A program made the translations under genes and the position numbers. Below are positions 56,880-64,000 of a stretch of 64,000 nucleotides of DNA, one piece after another (position 1 is the first letter of the stretch; every line of letters starts with the position of its first letter). Source of the DNA: the human T2T-CHM13v2.0 reference genome, Homo sapiens; NCBI RefSeq assembly GCF_009914755.1, contig NC_060926.1, one strand, 5' to 3'. The notes below the pieces were generated by a model. It saw nothing but the letters and a program-made list of their open reading frames with translations. It was not told the origin of the DNA and made no database searches.

Positions 56880-57430
56880 TTTTCATTCAACCAAGTAATC
56901 ACTGAATTCCACATTAGATTAATACACTAGGAGGCTCCAGGAAGAGAAAGAGAACGAGGGCCACAGCCCCAGTGTGAATGAAACCATCAGACATATATAA
57001 ACAACCACAGGATTTAAAACCAAAATTATAAGTACACACACACATTCAGAAGAGGGAGAGATAGTTACTAGTTGGGATGATCAGGAAAGTCTTCATATGA
57101 GAAGCAGCAATGAAATGCAGTGAGGAGCTATTTTGGAAATAGAATATGGAATGACCTAAGCTGTGGAGGGTGTAGAACAGGAGGAAGGGAATGAGGGAGA
57201 GAGGAAATGGCAAGTGGTCCTGCATACCTGCCACATGGGCACCACAGGGGGATCACGGGAGGCAAGGCTGGTGGGACATGGTGGGGGCAGGTTACTGAGG
57301 GACTTAGATGCCAGGTTGAGGACGTTTGACTTTCCTCTGCAGTTTAGTTGATGGAAGCCATCTGCTCTCAAGCAAGGAAATAACATCTGATCAAAGGGGC
57401 TGTGCAAGCTTAACCTAGCAATAGTGAAGC
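56880..57430 (-). mobile_element. L2 fragment
   Basis: ttcattcaaccaagtaatcactgaatt...gatcaggaaagtcttc...aagcaaggaaataacatctgatca. Confidence 0.65.
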
Positions 57431-58159
57431 TATCTCAGGTTCATTTTTTGGAATGAAGTAAGGTCTGTATGGTTTATTTCATGAAACAAAAAATAAACAT
57501 AAGCAAGCAACAAGATAGTGGCATTGTACAGAATGAATTAAAAGAGAAGAGGGAAAAAAATAGAAGTAGGGAGGCCAGATAGAAAGCAGATGGGAGGATA
57601 CAGTTCTTGACCCTGGAAATTTGGATATATAGACTTTGAATTGTTCCCATAATAGCTGTGGTAATTTTGCCCTCATCCCTCTATCTCTGCTCTCTATAAT
57701 CCTCTTAAGCACAATGGTGCCAGTTTTCACAATGGCGTTCCATATCCCCAGAAAAGACACACGCAGACTGGCCCATGCTGGGGTCAAGATCACACTGGAA
57801 CATTAGGGCCACAAGGCCACCAATGACCTGGCCACAGGAGATCCTGACTATGATGATGGAGTAGAAAAGGGTGAGGCTAGTGTAGAGTTTAGTAACTGGG
57901 CCTTGGGTAACTTAGGAAGAGAGGGCTGTAGAACTGTTTATGTCTGTCCTTTGAAAAAAAGAGTTAACAACATGAAGTAAAGTATCATTTTTCAACTTTC
58001 TGGCTGGAGCTGCTCTGAAATGGTGCTCTGTTTTTTCTGTTTCCTCTCTTAATTTGCCACACAGGTGTCCACTTGTTCTTGAACTTTGCTTGTTTGCTTG
58101 CACACCTTTTCAGAAGTTTACCAAAATGTGGTGAGGGGTTCTAGTCACCCTGAAATGAA

Positions 58160-58260
58160 TCCGCTAATTAAATTAATTTTATCTAGGGTATATTGCTTAG
58201 TCCAATTAAGTTACTAAGCCAATCACATCAGAATAAATCAACCATATCGTTACGTAACTC
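58160..58260. promoter_or_regulatory. Candidate enhancer motif cluster
   Basis: TAATTAAATTA, AGCCAATCA, ATAAATCA and GTTACGTAAC within 100 bp of apparently repeat-free DNA. Confidence 0.4.
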
Positions 58261-60949
58261 TTTTTAATAAACAGAGTTATAATTATATGAAGGCAATTCT
58301 GAGGATGCCATATGCTACAACGCAGGGAACCTAATTTATTTCATTGATTTGGAGAGACAAACTCACTCATGTGTAATAACTTTTATCATCCAAGATTTTA
58401 ATTCTTATTGCGTTGTAAAGTTTAAAGTCTCCTGCTTGCTTTATAGATCACAGTAAGAATTAGTTTGCAATGGGGCTTGTGGGGGAAAAGGAGGGTATGT
58501 ATTAGGTATGAAATGGTATGCATGAAGCCACGCTGTAAACTCTGCCACAGAAATATGGGGGAAAAGTGCTGATTCTTCCTGCCCTTTTGAACAGCCAATA
58601 CAGTAGAGATGTGTGTGGGGGCTGGGGGTGGGGTGGGAAAAATACATCTTGAAATAGATGCTTGAAGTGGAGAACCATACTGGGACAATCCCCTTGCTTC
58701 CCACCTCCCTCCACATTTTCCTGGCAAGTAATAGGTGCTATATAAACTCCTGGTAAAAATGACTTATTTTAAAATATAACAGAAATTCCACTTAACAGAT
58801 CTGAGAAAGGGAATGAAAACACCTTTGTCTGTCAACTTGGCCTGATTCTCTACGAATGCTGTTGACTTTTCAGCTTTGTTGAGGATGGGACCAGGGAAGC
58901 ATGCAGGGGCGTTAGTCCATGGCAGTATAATGTTCAGTTACTGTCTCTGGCCAAGCGACTGCTGGCAGAGCTGTGGGCATCACTGGCCCAAGAGACTCAC
59001 ACACACTTATTCATTCAGCCACTTAGACACGAGGAGCTCAGAAATGCTGGTGGAAGAATGTTCTTGAGAGCTCCTGTGGCTGACCTTTCTTTGAAGAGAT
59101 TTTAGAGAATGCTAGAAAAACAGGAAATCATCCTCCATGTTTTCCCCCTCATATTTCTTACTAATGAGTTCTAGAATTGTTTAGTCCAAAAATCCCAGTG
59201 ATTTTGGTGAAAGATGCACAAGCTGATACCTCATTTAGGGATGTAATTTCCCTGTCTGCAGAAGTAGTTCTACTCATAAATCCTATTTTGAAATAACCTA
59301 AAGGCAAATATTACTAGAACAAAATAATGTATATTAAAGCAGCACAAGTGGCAGAAATTGATGTGAAAGCAAGGTACTTAGTGGATTACATACTTTCTGC
59401 AGTGGTTACAACTAATCCTATTCTGGGCTGCTGCTTGAAATAACTAGATATTACCTACATTTGCTTCTATTTCCTTCCTGCCCTTACATAATTAATTAGA
59501 TGCCAAATTGACAGAAGTAGAGGATCCCCAAAGCAGAGAAAGACTTGTATTGCATTCATTTGGGGGCATTAATGGGGAAAATGTTATTAATAGCATGGCA
59601 AAATGCACTATTGCTAATTCACAGTTACAACTTCCACAAAATTGAGCATATTGCTCTCTATTTAGTGGGCTTGCAAAGTCAATTCCATGCCATCATTACC
59701 TCATGATTCTAGCCAACTGTCAGCAATCCAAATGAAAGAGATCAACACAAAATTTGGACCAGATTGAATGAATTCATTACCAGGGTATTAATCCCAGGAA
59801 TAATGAGTCTTGGGCTCAGATACAGATTGTTTTATTGATCTTCCAAAGCTCCAGATCTGGGGTGTCCGGCAGCCTCATCGTGTGAGATGCCTCAGAGCTA
59901 ACTCTTGACTCCATCTTCAGGGCTCTTTACTGTCATGAGGGGCTGGAGCTGCAAAGGAGTATGGGTTTCTTCTGGAATCTACATGGGTTCAAATACTGAG
60001 GAATCCTGGAATAAAGTGAGGCCTTTTTAACACAGCATATTTGGAAATACGCCCTGGAACTATTTGGAAATAATGGAGCATATTTAGAAAAAATAGATTG
60101 CTTTTGACTAATGGAGAGATGAATTTGGGTCTTATGGGAACGTATCAGAATGTATTTCTGACAGGAATTTTCTCACTAATATTTCTGTGGAATGTTCATT
60201 TCAAAAACCCTGGTATGACTGTGGAGTCAGAGAAGAGTGTCCGGTAACAGCAGTAGATCCCATGATGTATGAAAGTGACAGGTGTACAGGACACCAGCAG
60301 GGCAAATGAATGAGCAAGCAAGTCTCCTGCTTGGCTGAAACTGTATCCATTCCTAGCAAGCAGGCATCTGCACTTGCTGTTGGGCCCAGAACAAGTCAGC
60401 TTTATTTGATGAACCCAAATAAAAAGAAATATTGACCTAACTTATATCCTAACTGTAGTTTTGCAAAGTCAACAAAGTGCTTTTGAAGCTCAGCTTCCCT
60501 AGGTATCCAGGAGGTCTAGAGACTGACCTTGAAAACAATGGATTACATCACAATAGAGATATAGTCGTGATTAAAAATAACAACAAATATTGATTGGTCT
60601 CGGATATGGCAACCACAAACAGCAACAACATTTTTATCCTGCATTTTCACTTCTAAATCCATGTGTATTAGTATAATTTAGTGAGATCATTTCTTATATA
60701 CAGGACTATTCCCTCTGATAAACAGTTGTAGCTCACATTTCAAAGAAAAAAATAGCCAAAAGAAAGCAATCACAAATGTATTTCAAGAGAGGTATGCTAC
60801 TGTCAAAATGGTTCTTTTGATTGCTTGTAACAAAGGCAGTTAGCCTGCATTAATTACATACAAGGAGAAATGGATTTACATATACCACAAGTTATCTCTG
60901 GAAGTCACAGTCACCCGGGTGGGATCCACCTTAGTAAAAAAAAAAGACT

Positions 60950-61390
60950 GAAATTAATGTCCATTAACTGGCGAATGGATAAATAAAATGTGGTACATCC
61001 ATACAATGAAATGCTATTCAGTTATTTTTAAAATGAAGGACTGATACCTGCTACAATATGAATGAAACTTGGAAACATTATGGTAAGTGAAAGAAGCCAG
61101 TTAATTTAACTAAATGTTGTATGATTCCATTTACATGAAGTGTCCAGCATAGACAAATCCATAGAGAAGTAAATTAGGGGTTGCCTAAGACTGGAGAGAG
61201 AGCAGGGAGGAGATGAAGAGTGACTGCTAATGGGTATGGGGTTTCTTTTTGGGAGACGAAATGTTGTAAGACTAGATAGCAGTGATGATGACACACCTGT
61301 GAATATACTGAAACCCACAGAATAAGACACTTTGAAAGAGTGAATTTTATGGCTTGTGAATTGTATCTCAATGAAGCTGTTATAAAAATG
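60950..61390 (+). mobile_element. L1MB 3' end
   Basis: gaatggataaataaaatgtggtacatccatacaatg...gaattgtatctcaatgaagctgtt. Confidence 0.88.
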
Positions 61391-61399
61391 ATGGAAGTA

Positions 61400-61739
<340 letters not shown>

Positions 61740-62904
61740 TTACTTTGTCTTTAAATATCCTACTCTCTTACTCGCTTTAAGAACATTACTCCATCCTCAT
61801 TATTAGTAGAGGGGTGATTTGGCCAGAAAAAAATTATATGTGTTTTCAGTAGGTATAATGTTATATGGATTTGTCTATTACACTGTACTTTCCTTTTTAA
61901 GAATGTTGTCTCCATAAATAAAGTAGGTGACAGTATGCTTCCTCTTACAAGTACAGATAAATAGTCTGTGAAACTGATGATTGGCTTCATAATGGATATG
62001 TTTTCCGTCAAAATAAATAAAAGTGAAAACAAAAAAGACAAGGCTTTTCCAGAGGGAGGGAATGAGAGAGAATAGTAATGCATTGTTATCTTTGGTTCTA
62101 GCCTGACTACTTCACATCATTCCTTAAAAAAAAAAATAAACTGGCTGTTCCATTAGTACCCAAAGGCATCTTTTGGACCAATATTTTCTTTGATCAGATC
62201 AATGTTTTGACACTGGGTAGGTGTCTATCTGATCCCAGCCTCCCTACAGTTACTGATGCGTATAATCTGCTATTTAATCTACTATCTTCCCTATGTCTCC
62301 CTCCTCCAGGTGCTCCAAGCCTTCTTCCTTTTCTTGAGCCTCTCTTACTTTACGGACCTGCTTGAACATGCTTCCCAGTCACTCTCTCTCGGGCACTGGT
62401 CCTTAAGGTCTGCTTTTTCCCACTGTGTGATGAATAGAACTCTTCCTGGCTCTAGCCCCACCATGTAAGGACCACGAATCAAGCTCACTTCTTCCCTGCC
62501 TAGACAAAGGATCTCTGAGTGTAGACAGCTGCTTCCAGAGGACTTTTTCCCATCTCCATGCCCACATGCTGTGGAAAATGATGTGAGGAATGTTCCTGGA
62601 GAGTGCAGGACTCTTAGCCACGCAGGCTTTAGGTGCAAGTACAGAAATGTGAGCCCAGCTGTCAGCTCTCCATGTATGGCTGGCAGAGCAAAGGAAACAG
62701 CTGCAGCTGCTGCAATGATGAAAACACGACCTGATTTCCATCACTCCTCTGTGACTGCTGCCCCTAAGACTAACCTTCTCAAGCTGCCCTTCTTGTTTTC
62801 TTGGTTGCAGCTGTAGCTGGGCATGCCAGGTGCCCAGCATACTGGGAAAACTGAATGCATAATGCTTTTCATCTTAATGCTACAAAGGAGAAGTAGAGTG
62901 AGGG

Positions 62905-63570
62905 CCATTCCCTGAAACAGGATCAATAGGTTGTAGGATTTGAACCATATATTAACAAATTGCTTTCTTAAGTAGTTTTACCAATTTACACTCTCACCAG
63001 CAGTGCATACGAGTGTCAACTTGCCTACCTTCTCTCAAAGACATACATGGATATGGAATAGAATCTTTTTGCTAGTGACTATTAGTGAGTTAAGCAAGCT
63101 AATTGTGTACTGGCCACTTAAGTTTCCACTTCGGTGCAATGCCTATGCACATCCTTTTCTTCTTTTTTTGGCGGGGGGGGGGTGTTGTTTGCATGTTTTT
63201 CTTTATAGTTCTAAAGTCTTACGCAAAAAGTTAATTGTGTAATACTTTCTAATAACAGAAAAATAGAGAAACATGAAAGAGCATCAATAAGAGAATCAAT
63301 AAACAAATTGTGGCATAGTTATATACTGGTACATATTATAGCAATAAAAATGAAAGACATTATGTTTTAAAATGGAAAAATCTTGGAAACATAATGTTGG
63401 GTTAAACAAACATTTGCAAATGCCAGGCACATCTATCCAACAATTTCAGGACAGCTGTTACCTATGGAGTGAGAAAGAGAGGAATTCAATTATAGGGTGG
63501 GGGGAAGAAGCAGGAAGGTGGTTTAGTTGTATCTATCTCTAATGTTTTATTTAAGAAATTTGATACGGCC
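62905..63570. mobile_element. Two L1ME fragments in opposite orientation
   Basis: Minus: accaatttacactctcaccagcagtg; plus: aataaacaaattgtggcatag...ggaaacataatgttggg. Confidence 0.55.
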
Positions 63571-64000
63571 CATAAATACAAAATAATTAAAGAGTCATAA
63601 CTCCATTGGGTGATAACACGGCTGGTGGCCTAGTCCACCAAGAGATGGTCAAAATAGCCATCCACAGATTCTGGAATTCTGGTGGCAGTGCTGATAGTCG
63701 TGGGGAGAGGAGACAAGGAAGGTGGCAGCACACAGGGGAATTCGTCGTCCTGTATGGAAGCTGTCTGAATGGACTAGGTTGGCACCTTGAGCCCATTCTA
63801 AGAAGGTGTTAGAGGATGCTGCACATTGAGCCTGCAATAGCAGCCAAGCACACCAAATTCTCAATTTTCAATTTTACAAAATAGAGATGTCCCTGGGTAC
63901 CTATGGAGACTTCTTCACAGCTCCCATCAATCCCTCTGTTATCTGCCTGTGCTTGTTCCCTACTGGGACCTCAAGAAAGGACAAGCTATTCAGTAGAGGT

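Overview
Primate (most likely human) non-coding genomic DNA: AT-rich, CpG-poor and dominated by interspersed repeats (Alu J/S and monomers, L1PA/L1MB/L1MC/L1ME/HAL1, L2, MIR, CR1/L3, MaLR/ERVL/ERV1 LTRs, a full-length THE1 provirus, Tigger-family DNA transposons). I find no supportable host protein-coding gene, RNA gene or CRISPR array. The only real coding remnant is an L1 ORF2 C-terminal relic, and the other ORFs are chance or repeat-derived. Repeat subfamily names come from recalled consensus sequences and need RepeatMasker/Dfam confirmation. The best unexplained structures are: (1) a ~1.33 kb L1-mediated retrocopy of an unidentified non-coding poly(A) RNA that splits an MLT2 LTR, with TSD, TTTT/AA site, AATAAA and tail; (2) an L1PA sitting in an Alu tail with an apparent ~60 bp 3' transduction; (3) a MER47/Tigger3 hybrid bounded by TA dinucleotides; (4) perfect young tandem duplications inside ancient repeats; (5) three DUX4-type motifs in THE1 LTRs; (6) several repeat-free blocks with dense developmental TF motif clusters. 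I see no convincing new multi-gene biological system.
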